A DNA stretch of 64,000 nucleotides from PVC group bacterium (GTDB taxonomy: Bacteria; Omnitrophota; Gorgyraeia; B26-G9), in the NCBI GenBank assembly GCA_024231215.1, contig JAAEQR010000142.1, forward strand, positions 420,593 to 484,592, given 5' to 3'. Under the pieces are notes generated by a model that was not told the origin of the DNA, searched no databases, and worked only from the letters and a program-made list of their open reading frames with translations. Below, piece after piece: positions 47,882-57,199 of the stretch (position 1 is the stretch's first letter; every line of letters begins with the position of its first letter). The translations under genes were made by a program, and so were the position numbers.

Positions 47882-49567
47882 TTAGTCCACATCACTTTGC
47901 GTCACCCTAACCACTTCTTGAAAACTGGTTAATCCTTCCAAAACCTTATTTACAGCATGTTCTTTTAAAGTCATCATTCCCATCGATCGCGCCTTTTCAC
48001 GTATTTCAGTACTAGGAAGCCGTTTATGCGTCATCTGACGAATTTCTTCATTAATCACCAAAAGCTCAAAAATACCGGATCTACCTAAATATCCGGTATG
48101 TGCACATTTAGGACATCCTTTAGGTCTATAAAATCTTTTTTTTGCTTCCTCTTCCGAGAGTTCTAAAATCTTCAACTCATCCTTAGGGGGAGAATACAAT
48201 TCTTTACAATTAGGACATAATAAACGAATAAGTCTTTGAGCCAAAATCGCCCTAATCGTAGCAGCAACCAAATAAGGTTTTATCCCCATATCAATAAGTC
48301 TGGTAATCGCACTTGAAGCATCATTAGTATGCAAAGTACTAAAAATCAAATGCCCAGTCAAAGCTGACTGCACCGATATATTTGCTGTTTCTAGATCACG
48401 GATTTCTCCGACCATTATAATATCCGGCGCCTGCCTAAGCATAGAACGCAGGACCTTTGCAAAAGAAAGTCCGATTTTCGGCTTAACTTGCACTTGATTG
48501 ATCCCGCTTATTTGATATTCAACGGGGTCCTCAACCGTAAGTATTTTTCGCTGCGATCGATTTACACTGCTCAACACAGCATAAAGAGTAGTACTTTTAC
48601 CACTGCCGGTCGGACCGGTAACCAGAATTATACCATTTGGAAAATCAGTAATACTTTTAAATTTTTCAATTTGAGCCGGAGAAAAACCCAGCTCATTTAC
48701 TTTCATAACACGACGATCTAGAATACGTAATACAACGCTTTCTCCATAATGTGACGGAAGAGTAGAGACTCTTAAGTCAAATTCACGGTTATCTACAACT
48801 GTACGAATACGTCCATCTTGAGGCAAACGTTTTTCCGCAATATTCATTCCAGCCATAAGTTTAACTCGACTAATGACTGAAGCCTGCAATTTCTTTACCG
48901 GAGACTGCACTTGTTGTAATATTCCATCGATCCGATAACGAATTCTTAAAATATCACGCATAGGTTCTACATGGATATCGCTCGCTCTTTTTCGATAAGC
49001 ATCAGATATAAGCATACTTACCAGTTGGATAACCGGTGCATCATCTTCTGTTGTCCCGTTTTCCTCATCTGCATTTTCTGAAGGATCAACCGCCGATATA
49101 TCTTCATAAGCAATCGGATAATACTTCTTTAATAATTCCTCCATAGCATCTGACTTAATCAGTTCTGCATTCAAAGCATATTTCAAAGTCTGGGAAAAGT
49201 ATTCCAGGGAAAGAAAATTAAGCGGGTTATCAAACGCTATTGTAAGCACACCGCCTTCAAGCTGCAAAGGAACAACTCCAAACCGGTTAGCAAAAAAAGG
49301 ATCGAGAATATCTAATAATTGCGGATCTAAAGAAAAGGTGGACGGATCAACAGCTGACAGACCAAGTTCTTCAACAATCAATCCACCTAAATTCTCGTCG
49401 CAAAATACGTCTAGTTTCTTAAATATACTGTTGATATTCTGCTGGGTACGAGCCTGCATCTGCCGGGCTTGTTTTAACTGATCTAAAGAGAGAATCCCTT
49501 TTGCAGTAAGAAACTCGCTGATAATCTTTTGTTTATTCAGCATGTAAATCCTGTAGGGTTCCGGCAA
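47882..49567 (-). CDS. Second GspE/PilB-family ATPase with MshEN-like N-domain
   Basis: 561 aa. Walker A GPTGSGKSTT. Zn-finger CPNCKELY...CPKCAHTGYLGR. N-terminal IISEFLTAKGILSLDQLKQARQMQ motif. Confidence 0.8.
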   Translation of the reverse strand: MPEPYRIYMLNKQKIISEFLTAKGILSLDQLKQARQMQARTQQNINSIFKKLDVFCDENLGGLIVEELGLSAVDPSTFSLDPQLLDILDPFFANRFGVVPLQLEGGVLTIAFDNPLNFLSLEYFSQTLKYALNAELIKSDAMEELLKKYYPIAYEDISAVDPSENADEENGTTEDDAPVIQLVSMLISDAYRKRASDIHVEPMRDILRIRYRIDGILQQVQSPVKKLQASVISRVKLMAGMNIAEKRLPQDGRIRTVVDNREFDLRVSTLPSHYGESVVLRILDRRVMKVNELGFSPAQIEKFKSITDFPNGIILVTGPTGSGKSTTLYAVLSSVNRSQRKILTVEDPVEYQISGINQVQVKPKIGLSFAKVLRSMLRQAPDIIMVGEIRDLETANISVQSALTGHLIFSTLHTNDASSAITRLIDMGIKPYLVAATIRAILAQRLIRLLCPNCKELYSPPKDELKILELSEEEAKKRFYRPKGCPKCAHTGYLGRSGIFELLVINEEIRQMTHKRLPSTEIREKARSMGMMTLKEHAVNKVLEGLTSFQEVVRVTQSDVD

Positions 49568-49606
49568 GCACCCTTAGGGCACAGGCCTGAACCATTTCTT
49601 AATATT

Positions 49607-50362
49607 TTACAAACATCCCTTAATAATTCCTAAGAAAGATTCAGCTTTTAACGCCGCGCCCCCGACAAGTGCTCCGTCAATATCCGGCTGCGCAATTAAA
49701 ATTTTAATATTATCGGGTTTCACACTTCCACCATATTGAATGCGCAGTTTTTCAGCTACTTCGCTTCCAAAATTATCTGCAATAAGTTTTCTAATAAAAG
49801 CATGTACTTCTTGGGCCTGCTCCGGAGTTGCAACCTGGCCTGTACCAATCGCCCATACAGGTTCATAAGCAATAATTATATCCTTAAGATCATCGGCGCT
49901 TAACCCTTCCAATGCCCCGGTCACATGATTACGAATCACATCAAATGTCTCGTTTTTCTGCCGTTCTTCTAAACGTTCTCCCACACAAACAATCGGCAGT
50001 AATTCAGCCTTTAAAGCAGCTTTTAATTTTCTGTTTACATATTCGTTAGTTTCTTTAAATATATTGCGGCGTTCCGAATGCCCGATTAAAACATAATCAC
50101 AATTAGCATCTTTTAACATCTGCGCTGAAATCTCACCGGTAAAGGCACCTTTTTCCTCCCAAAATAAATTCTGCGCACCCAACTTTATATTTGAACCCTC
50201 TATTTCGTGACTAACACTATACAAAGCCGTAAACACCGGACAGATTACAACGTCTACATCTTTTACGTCTTTAAGCTCCATACTTAATCCACGCACCAGA
50301 TCCAATGCTTCGGTTATCGTTTTATTCATTTTCCAATTTCCCGCAATAATTGTACGTCTCAT
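49607..50362 (-). CDS. tpiA: Triosephosphate isomerase
   Basis: 251 aa. IIAGNWKMNKT and the AYEPVWAIGTG signature. Confidence 0.9.
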   Translation of the reverse strand: MRRTIIAGNWKMNKTITEALDLVRGLSMELKDVKDVDVVICPVFTALYSVSHEIEGSNIKLGAQNLFWEEKGAFTGEISAQMLKDANCDYVLIGHSERRNIFKETNEYVNRKLKAALKAELLPIVCVGERLEERQKNETFDVIRNHVTGALEGLSADDLKDIIIAYEPVWAIGTGQVATPEQAQEVHAFIRKLIADNFGSEVAEKLRIQYGGSVKPDNIKILIAQPDIDGALVGGAALKAESFLGIIKGCL

Positions 50363-50407
50363 TACTAAATTATCCTCCCATTTTCATGTGATTGTTAATC
50401 TTATAAA

Positions 50408-50863
50408 TTAAAGACTTGTAATATCATCTCCACCCCCGGAACCTCCATCCGGCCCGTTTGAGCTTATTTTATACGTAGAACCGATACGAGTATATACATA
50501 ATCATTTCCCCAAACATCGATAACCGTACCATCGGCAGCTACTGTTCCATTTAAATCTTCCTCTTTCAAACTTATATATGGCCCATTCCAGTCAGGATCA
50601 GGAGAACTCCCGCCGGATCCATAAGCACCTACATCCGCAAGGCGATCAACCAAAATCACATTACCCGCTGCAGGATAATCACCAAAATCCGCGTGATACA
50701 TTGCCAAGGCAGTTTCTAAAGAAGCAATCATAGATTTAGTACGGTAGATTTTTGCCTTCCCGCGTGCAGCCGTACCACCGCTAACCAGCATGCCCATAAG
50801 AATGGAAATAACCGCAATCATCACTAATATTTCAATCAATGAAAACCCTTTTTTATCTCTCAT
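50408..50863 (-). CDS. Prepilin-type pseudopilin, GspG-like
   Basis: Class III signal KKGFSLIEILVMIAVISIL. GspG-like VIDVWGNDYVY motif. Lies between pgk and tpiA. Confidence 0.7.
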   Translation of the reverse strand: MRDKKGFSLIEILVMIAVISILMGMLVSGGTAARGKAKIYRTKSMIASLETALAMYHADFGDYPAAGNVILVDRLADVGAYGSGGSSPDPDWNGPYISLKEEDLNGTVAADGTVIDVWGNDYVYTRIGSTYKISSNGPDGGSGGGDDITSL

Positions 50864-50866
50864 AAT

Positions 50867-52048
50867 CTATTTATCTTTTAACGCCGCTATTCCCGGCAAT
50901 TCCAGGCCTTCCAAAAATTCAAGACTCGCTCCGCCGCCGGTGGAAACATGGCTCATTTTATCCTTAACATTAAAACATCTTACGGCACTCGCAGTATCTC
51001 CACCGCCAATGATACTTGTTGCTTCTAAGTCAGCAATATATTTAGCAAGAACTTCAGTACCTTTTGCAAACGGAGCCATTTCAAATACACCAACCGGTCC
51101 GTTCCAAACAATTGTTTTTGCGTTTTGTAATTTTTCTTTGAACAACTCTATTGTTTTAGGCCCAACATCTAAACCCATATATCCTTCCGGTATTTCCTCC
51201 CCTACACTCTGGACATTGGCATCTGCCTGAAATTTATCCGCCACGACATTATCAACCGGTAAAACCACATCAACACTGTTAGCCGCAGCTTTTTCTAAAA
51301 TTAAACGAGCTAGATCCAAACGATCTGCTTCAAGCTTAGAGTTACCAATTGCCTTGCCCTGCGCCTTTAAAAACGTATACGCCATTCCTCCGCCGATCAA
51401 CAAACAATCTACTTTATCCATAATATTTTCAATCATTTTGATTTTATCAGATACTTTCGCCCCGCCCAATATAGTTATAAAGGGACGTTCCGGGGATTCC
51501 ACCACCTTACCTAAATACTCAATTTCTTTTTCAATTAAAAATCCAGCATAAGACGGTAGATAATGCGCAACTCCTTCTGTAGATGCATGTGCACGATGTG
51601 CAGTTCCGAATGCATCATTAACAAAAACATCTCCCAAACAAGATAATTGCTTGGCAAATTCCGGGTCATTCTTTGTTTCCTCAGCATGAAAACGTAAATT
51701 TTCCAGAAGAATCACACGCTCTGAAGCTGCTTCAACTTCCTTCTCTATCTCTTCGCCCACACAATCATCCAGCTTTTTTACCGGCATATCCAGCAATTCG
51801 CTTAATTTTTTTGCAACTGGGCTAAGACGCATTTTCTCGACTACATTTCCCTTAGGCCGGCCAAGATGGCTCATCAGGATAACCTTCTTAGCTCCTTGCT
51901 CCAGACAATATTTAATTGTAGCTAAAGCAGAAGTGATTCTCAATTCATCGGTTATATTCAAATTTTCATCTAGCGGCACGTTAAAATCCGCCCGCATTAA
52001 GACCTTTTTGTCTTTTAAATCCGCATCTTTCACTGTCATCTTATTCAT
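50867..52048 (-). CDS. pgk: Phosphoglycerate kinase
   Basis: 393 aa. Canonical PGK N- and C-domain motifs. Confidence 0.9.
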   Translation of the reverse strand: MNKMTVKDADLKDKKVLMRADFNVPLDENLNITDELRITSALATIKYCLEQGAKKVILMSHLGRPKGNVVEKMRLSPVAKKLSELLDMPVKKLDDCVGEEIEKEVEAASERVILLENLRFHAEETKNDPEFAKQLSCLGDVFVNDAFGTAHRAHASTEGVAHYLPSYAGFLIEKEIEYLGKVVESPERPFITILGGAKVSDKIKMIENIMDKVDCLLIGGGMAYTFLKAQGKAIGNSKLEADRLDLARLILEKAAANSVDVVLPVDNVVADKFQADANVQSVGEEIPEGYMGLDVGPKTIELFKEKLQNAKTIVWNGPVGVFEMAPFAKGTEVLAKYIADLEATSIIGGGDTASAVRCFNVKDKMSHVSTGGGASLEFLEGLELPGIAALKDK

Positions 52049-52122
52049 TACTTTTTTTTGCCTTTCTTCAATAAGTGCATAATTTACAGAGCAAAGCGAT
52101 ATAAATTATGTGCACGAATTGA

Positions 52123-52145
52123 ATCCCGCCGTTTTTTGGCGGGAT
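52123..52145. other. Perfect 8-bp inverted repeat ATCCCGCC-GTTTTTT-GGCGGGAT in the 353-bp pgk-upstream intergenic region
   Basis: GC-rich stem with a U/A-rich loop. No U-tract following on either strand. Possible atypical terminator of the upstream pseudopilin operon, or a protein-binding site. Confidence 0.3.
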
Positions 52146-52401
52146 AATTATCCTTATATAATACATACTAATTTTTTATTATACCACTCTAAAAGGTCTT
52201 TTGCAAATGAGGATATTTCCTGAGGAAGTTTAACCTAGAATTTGTATTAGATCGCGACGAATAGCACTAATCTTTTGGGCTCAAAGAAGCTACAAAAAGC
52301 CTCGACAAACAATAAAGTATGCCTGCGTTCTTTGTAACTTTTTGATCTCCAAAACATTAGCACTCTTCATCCACGTCTAATGCAAAATCTAGGTTAAGAA
52401 A

Positions 52402-52944
52402 TTACGGTATGACAATTTTAGATATCAATAACTCACACTGGGCAGTACTTGATTGTCTTGATTTAGGGGTAATACTAAACGCGCTTAACTGAAACAGTTT
52501 ATCCGCACTCTCAATAGCATATAGAAAAGAAACTAATGCCTCCATATCTGCGGTACAATTAATGCTAACTAAGAACTTTTTCACTCCGCCCTCGGCTTCA
52601 ACGCTAAGTGGTTTCATATCAGCAAGATACACGTTAAATTCACTCGACATGGTTTCTAATTCTTTTAACAACGCAGCGGTTTCTTCTTCTTCTGAGCCTG
52701 CCTCCACAGAAAATGATGCATATTCTTTTTCTTCGGCTTTAATTCTTTTTTTCTGAGCAATAATCCTAGTATTCTTTTTGATCTCCTCCTGTGTGTTTTT
52801 AATATCTATTTCCAATGACTGCATTTTATGGAAAATAGGCCCAATAACAGCTCTATCCATCACTGCAAAAAGCACAAATAAAACAGACAGGTATAAAACA
52901 GTTTTTTCTCTTTTAGATAATTTAGCAATAAATCCTTTTGTCAT
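52402..52944 (-). CDS. GspM/PilO-like assembly protein (single TM + periplasmic domain)
   Basis: 180 aa. N-terminal TM. Position after the GspL-like gene. Confidence 0.5.
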   Translation of the reverse strand: MTKGFIAKLSKREKTVLYLSVLFVLFAVMDRAVIGPIFHKMQSLEIDIKNTQEEIKKNTRIIAQKKRIKAEEKEYASFSVEAGSEEEETAALLKELETMSSEFNVYLADMKPLSVEAEGGVKKFLVSINCTADMEALVSFLYAIESADKLFQLSAFSITPKSRQSSTAQCELLISKIVIP

Positions 52945-52946
52945 GA

Positions 52947-54416
52947 TTAGTTTTTCTTCTTCTCTTCTGAGGGTTCTGCCATTTCCTCTTTATTTTCTAG
53001 AATACAAGATATACCAAAATCAGCCCAATCTTCACCATCTTCCTGCCGAGAAGTTGTATAATTAGTCTGAACATTACTGAAAAAATCTGAATCCTCCAAA
53101 GAAACAACAAATGCAAAAACATCAGACATTGCCCTGCCGGTACCTTTTAAATACAAGTTCCCTTCCTGACTCATCTTAATACTGTCAAGCAAAATCCGCT
53201 TTGGCAAAACATCATATATCGAAGCTAACACCTGTAAAGGATACCCTCGTGCTTTAATATAGTGTTTGATTATTCTCATTTTTTCCATAGATTTCTCTAA
53301 TATCTGGGCTTCATGATTAGTCGATTCATATTCAGACTTAAGTTGCTGTAAGTATGTGCTTTTAAAATAAATCTTTCCCAAAAATAATCCGCCAATTAAA
53401 ATTAGCAAACAAATAATATACATTCCTGTTTTCATCAATGCCTGGGCATGCTCTTCAAAAGACCGTTTAAGCTTAATCTCCTCAGGGATAAGGCTTACTT
53501 TCATCGCCATTGGATTTAAAAGTACTGATGCTACATTAAAAAAGGATAGATGCCTGGCGATTGAAGGCACTGCCGCAATATTCGGACCAAGCGGTAAATG
53601 TTTAAAATACGGCATTGTTTGTACCGGGATATGCAACGAAGCTGTCAAAGCCATTTCTATATCTTTTGGCTGGTCTATTGCACCGGTTAACACCAAAACA
53701 TGCGGCGATTTATCAATATCTTCTGAATAATAACTTTCCATAGAATTTTTCAATTCCTCAACAAACTTATCGGTATCTGTGGAAATTTGGTCAATTCCTA
53801 TAGGTATACTTCTGGTAAAAATCGGATTTCCCCGCAAAGACACAATAAAGTCGGTAAAATTAGCATCAATATGAATAATTCCAACCGGAACTGCCTGCAA
53901 TTCATTCCTCAGATTAGCTAAACAAAAACGGCTAATTCCTTCCGGCGCAAAAAGCGTTTTTTCAATCTTAACACCAACTTTTTCCATTATTTCAAACTGG
54001 CGTTTAATTGCCACACGCGTAACAATTACTAAAAGAATTTTAGTATAACTTTGCCGATAATTTCCCAAATCAACATAATCAATAATTATTTCTTCACGAG
54101 CATATGGGGTCTGTCGACCGGACTGCAAATCGATAATTTCTCTTATCTCTCGAGGATCAAGAGATGGGATTTCCAGATTTTTAGTAATTGCTAGATGCAA
54201 TGGAACAACATTTATCAAATAGGGATTTTTAATTTTAAGTTCTTTGAAAAGATTCTTTATCATTTTGACAATATCATCATCTGAAGCTTCCTTAATATTA
54301 TACGTGGTCAAATTGATTAGTTCTTTTTTAGTCCCTGTTTTTTTAAGATAAGCAAAAACAAGCTCATCTCCGTCTAGATCAATTCCAACTATATCCGCAT
54401 TATTTTTTATACTCAT
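52947..54416 (-). CDS. GspL-like / PilM-PilN-type fusion (cytoplasmic actin-like domain + TM + periplasmic domain)
   Basis: 489 aa. IVGIDLDGDELVFAYL actin-like start, TM around residue 330. Confidence 0.6.
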   Translation of the reverse strand: MSIKNNADIVGIDLDGDELVFAYLKKTGTKKELINLTTYNIKEASDDDIVKMIKNLFKELKIKNPYLINVVPLHLAITKNLEIPSLDPREIREIIDLQSGRQTPYAREEIIIDYVDLGNYRQSYTKILLVIVTRVAIKRQFEIMEKVGVKIEKTLFAPEGISRFCLANLRNELQAVPVGIIHIDANFTDFIVSLRGNPIFTRSIPIGIDQISTDTDKFVEELKNSMESYYSEDIDKSPHVLVLTGAIDQPKDIEMALTASLHIPVQTMPYFKHLPLGPNIAAVPSIARHLSFFNVASVLLNPMAMKVSLIPEEIKLKRSFEEHAQALMKTGMYIICLLILIGGLFLGKIYFKSTYLQQLKSEYESTNHEAQILEKSMEKMRIIKHYIKARGYPLQVLASIYDVLPKRILLDSIKMSQEGNLYLKGTGRAMSDVFAFVVSLEDSDFFSNVQTNYTTSRQEDGEDWADFGISCILENKEEMAEPSEEKKKN

Positions 54417-54441
54417 AATATTCCTAACCCAAAATTTGGGT

Positions 54442-55512
54442 TTAATTTAAATATCGCAACCGCCAGCTTAAAATCAAGCCGGCTTTCTTTGTATCCGGAT
54501 CTATATCTTTTTTAAAAACACATCTAATTTGACATCTTCCTTTTCTATAATTTAATGCCGATTCACTCTGAATAAGAAAGATTTCAGAAGATGTAGAAAG
54601 CTTACCCTGAGAAACTAATATGTTCAATTCCGTCACTTCTGAAGGAGCAAGCGCATAGATTTTACTTAACTCAGCCGACAAAACTCCTGCATTAATAAAC
54701 ACCCGATCATCTATACTTGTTGCAATTCCGTCCTCTCCACAACGAAATAAAAGAATCTTCCGTATTAACTTCTTATTTAAACCTAATGCGCGTAATACAG
54801 ACCGTGAAGCAGTATTAATATTTACTTGCCCTGTCCCGTAAACCGTAAGATACGACCGTATTTTGGGCAAAATTTCAGCGTTTATTCCCTTTATATAACA
54901 CAATTCTTCCAACGCCTGAAAGGATCTGTCTTTACAATTATACGGCAGACTTAAACTACGATAATATGCGCTTTCAGCCCCATTAGGCAGTGATTGTGTA
55001 TCCTCATCGCGCCAATCTACTATACTTGAAGCAATAATATCAGCATCACGAGGTTCAAGATCTGTAACAGCACGAATTAAACGTATCAATTCACTCCGGC
55101 TGGCTGTATTAATATTCATCCTGCCGCTAAGATCATTAACTCCGAACATGGTTAGTTCGGTTTCATCATCCGCTGCTGCATCCGGAGTATAGTCCCCCGG
55201 CATATATTTATACCCTACTCTAAAATATCCATCATTAACAACGCCTTTAGAAAAAATAGATTCCTGGTTACACATCGGTGTTTTTAAAGAAACCCTCATT
55301 GCCTGTGCATCAAAATTTCCAATTTCACTAACAGCTTTTTTCACTCCGGCTTCGGCAATAAGTAAAAGTTTATTCCTCGTTTCCAACCTTTCTAAAAAAT
55401 CCAGGCGCTGCCGCACACTGATTCCTAAGTATACCGCAAAAACCGTAAAAAGTCCAAGCATCCACAACACTAAAACAAGAATAGATCCAGTTTCTCTAGT
55501 TTTAAATTTCAT
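54442..55512 (-). CDS. GspK-like minor pseudopilin
   Basis: 356 aa. Hydrophobic N-terminus LVLVLWML without Glu5. HhH-like NINTASRSEL and a second NINTASRSVL repeat, typical of T2SS protein K. Confidence 0.6.
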   Translation of the reverse strand: MKFKTRETGSILVLVLWMLGLFTVFAVYLGISVRQRLDFLERLETRNKLLLIAEAGVKKAVSEIGNFDAQAMRVSLKTPMCNQESIFSKGVVNDGYFRVGYKYMPGDYTPDAAADDETELTMFGVNDLSGRMNINTASRSELIRLIRAVTDLEPRDADIIASSIVDWRDEDTQSLPNGAESAYYRSLSLPYNCKDRSFQALEELCYIKGINAEILPKIRSYLTVYGTGQVNINTASRSVLRALGLNKKLIRKILLFRCGEDGIATSIDDRVFINAGVLSAELSKIYALAPSEVTELNILVSQGKLSTSSEIFLIQSESALNYRKGRCQIRCVFKKDIDPDTKKAGLILSWRLRYLN

Positions 55513-55521
55513 TTAACTTCT

Positions 55522-56175
55522 TCAATTTAATATTCCGCCAGCCGGTATATTTATAGTTTTTATTCTTTGTTCAATTGTTTTATTATCCACAAAAGCCAGT
55601 TTTATTTTTACTGCCAGGGGGAACACTGTCTGCATCGACTCTAGTTCCAATGGAGGCCAGATTGAACTCCAAAAAAATGTTTCCTTTTCCTGATCATAAA
55701 AATAATATTGCAAGGAAAAAGACTGCACCTCTTCAAGTAACTGCCTGGCTATTGGTTTATGTTTAGAAAATAAACGCTGATAATCAACTTCTTTTCGATG
55801 CAAAGTCTTTTCCTGCTCATCATAAGAATAACTCACTCTTCCCGCAACAGACTCAAAATAATCTTCCCACCCAGGCCCGCTTTTTAACACCGTGGAAAAA
55901 GTAAACTCTGTTTCTCCTCCGGTAAGCGCCTGATCGGAAAAAGCAAATCCATTTTGAAGTTCTTCAGTAATCCGCTCAAAGAACAGATTCACATCAATTT
56001 GGGGAGAATCCCTGGTTACTAACTGCCATACCTTTATTCCGTTAGAAAGCATCACATATAACACTATTGCCAGCACAACAGACATCGCCGTACTCATAAG
56101 CATTTCAACAAATGTAAATCCACTTTTTCTGCTTTTTTTGCAAAACATTATAGTTGCTCTACCGGCCCCAGACAA
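55522..56175 (-). CDS. Minor pseudopilin (GspJ-like), prepilin-type N-terminus
   Basis: GFTFVEMLMSTAMSVVLAIV class III signal. Probable start MFCKK at 56148. Confidence 0.55.
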   Translation of the reverse strand: MSGAGRATIMFCKKSRKSGFTFVEMLMSTAMSVVLAIVLYVMLSNGIKVWQLVTRDSPQIDVNLFFERITEELQNGFAFSDQALTGGETEFTFSTVLKSGPGWEDYFESVAGRVSYSYDEQEKTLHRKEVDYQRLFSKHKPIARQLLEEVQSFSLQYYFYDQEKETFFWSSIWPPLELESMQTVFPLAVKIKLAFVDNKTIEQRIKTINIPAGGILN

Positions 56176-56248
56176 TCGTGGCCCCTTCAGTTTTTTTATT
56201 TACAATCATCTGTTTCGGGCGGACGCAAGGCCCGCCCCTACGGTTTTT
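56175..56248. other. GC-rich structured island between two pseudopilin genes: hairpin GGGCGG-N9-CCGCCC plus GGCCCC-N10-GGCCCC direct repeat and T6 tract
   Basis: Local GC is far above the window average. Oriented like an intrinsic terminator on the plus (antisense) strand; on the sense strand it is followed by an A-tract. Confidence 0.35.
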
Positions 56249-56756
56249 TCTGCAAAGGGTAGGCATTAGAAAAAAATCTTTTTGCCATGGTAGCCCTTTG
56301 AATGGATCGACTTTTAGATGCTTCATCCCATGAGATTGAAGCATCTACATCATACAACTCCTGGGTTACATCATCTAATGTCAGATTGATCTGCCAATTA
56401 AACCGCCGGCCATCAATACGTTCTATACCACTTTGCTGCGTAGCCAAAAAACTGCCCGAGCTCTGGTCTAGATTTTGCTGTACCTGCCAAATTTTTTCAT
56501 TAATAAAAAACTGCGCATTCAAACGATTGAAGAAAAAATTAATTGTGTCTAACGATACTAAAAATGATTCATAAATAACAACCAGACCTACAGCCAAAAT
56601 AACAACTGAAACCATCACTTCAATTAAGGTGAAACCCGCTGATGGCTTATGGCTAATAGTTAATAGCCGTCCTTTATCCTTAGATTTTGGCTTTTTTTTG
56701 ACTATGGACCATGGACTATTAGCTATAGACTGTTTAGTCCCAATTCGTAACATCAT
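56238..56756 (-). CDS. Minor pseudopilin (GspH/GspI-like), prepilin-type
   Basis: SAGFTLIEVMVSVVILAVGLVVI class III signal. The 41-aa leader in the track ORF suggests the true start is internal or non-ATG. Confidence 0.55.
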   Translation of the reverse strand: MMLRIGTKQSIANSPWSIVKKKPKSKDKGRLLTISHKPSAGFTLIEVMVSVVILAVGLVVIYESFLVSLDTINFFFNRLNAQFFINEKIWQVQQNLDQSSGSFLATQQSGIERIDGRRFNWQINLTLDDVTQELYDVDASISWDEASKSRSIQRATMAKRFFSNAYPLQKKP

Positions 56757-57138
56757 CGGTACTTTCTACCCCATCTTTACCTACTGAATAAAGATCATAA
56801 TCCTGAGGACGATGTTCCCCCGGAGACTTATATTCATATACTCTTCCCCAAGGATCTATCGGCTCTTTTTCTAAATAAGGACCATTCCAATTTATACCTG
56901 AAGTCGGTTTTGTCAATAGTGCCTGTAACCCTTCTGAGGTAGTAGGAAATCCACCGTTATCCAGCTCAAAAAGCTTCAATGCCGTAGCAATATTTGCACG
57001 AACATCTGCCCGGGCAGCCGAAGAACGTGCCTGTTCAGAACGTCCGGCCAATCGAGGCAGTACCATAGCCGCAAGTGCACTGATAATAATTACAACAAGC
57101 ATCAACTCAATTAACGTAAAACCATAATTCTTTTTCAT
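56734..57138 (-). CDS. gspG: Major T2SS-type pseudopilin GspG
   Basis: 134 aa. NYGFTLIELMLVVIIISALAAMV and the GspG hallmark DPWGRVYEY. Confidence 0.8.
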   Translation of the reverse strand: MKKNYGFTLIELMLVVIIISALAAMVLPRLAGRSEQARSSAARADVRANIATALKLFELDNGGFPTTSEGLQALLTKPTSGINWNGPYLEKEPIDPWGRVYEYKSPGEHRPQDYDLYSVGKDGVESTDDVTNWD

Positions 57139-57199
57139 AACACACCCTCCTCCAGGTAATAGACCTATTTTTTAAATACCATATTTTTTGAATTTTGAC

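Noticed and set aside
56159-56344. 61-aa minus-strand ORF overlapping the GspI-like and GspJ-like genes
   Set aside because: It is entirely overlapped by two prepilin-type genes and by the GC-rich hairpin. It has no motif and is most likely a spurious out-of-frame ORF.
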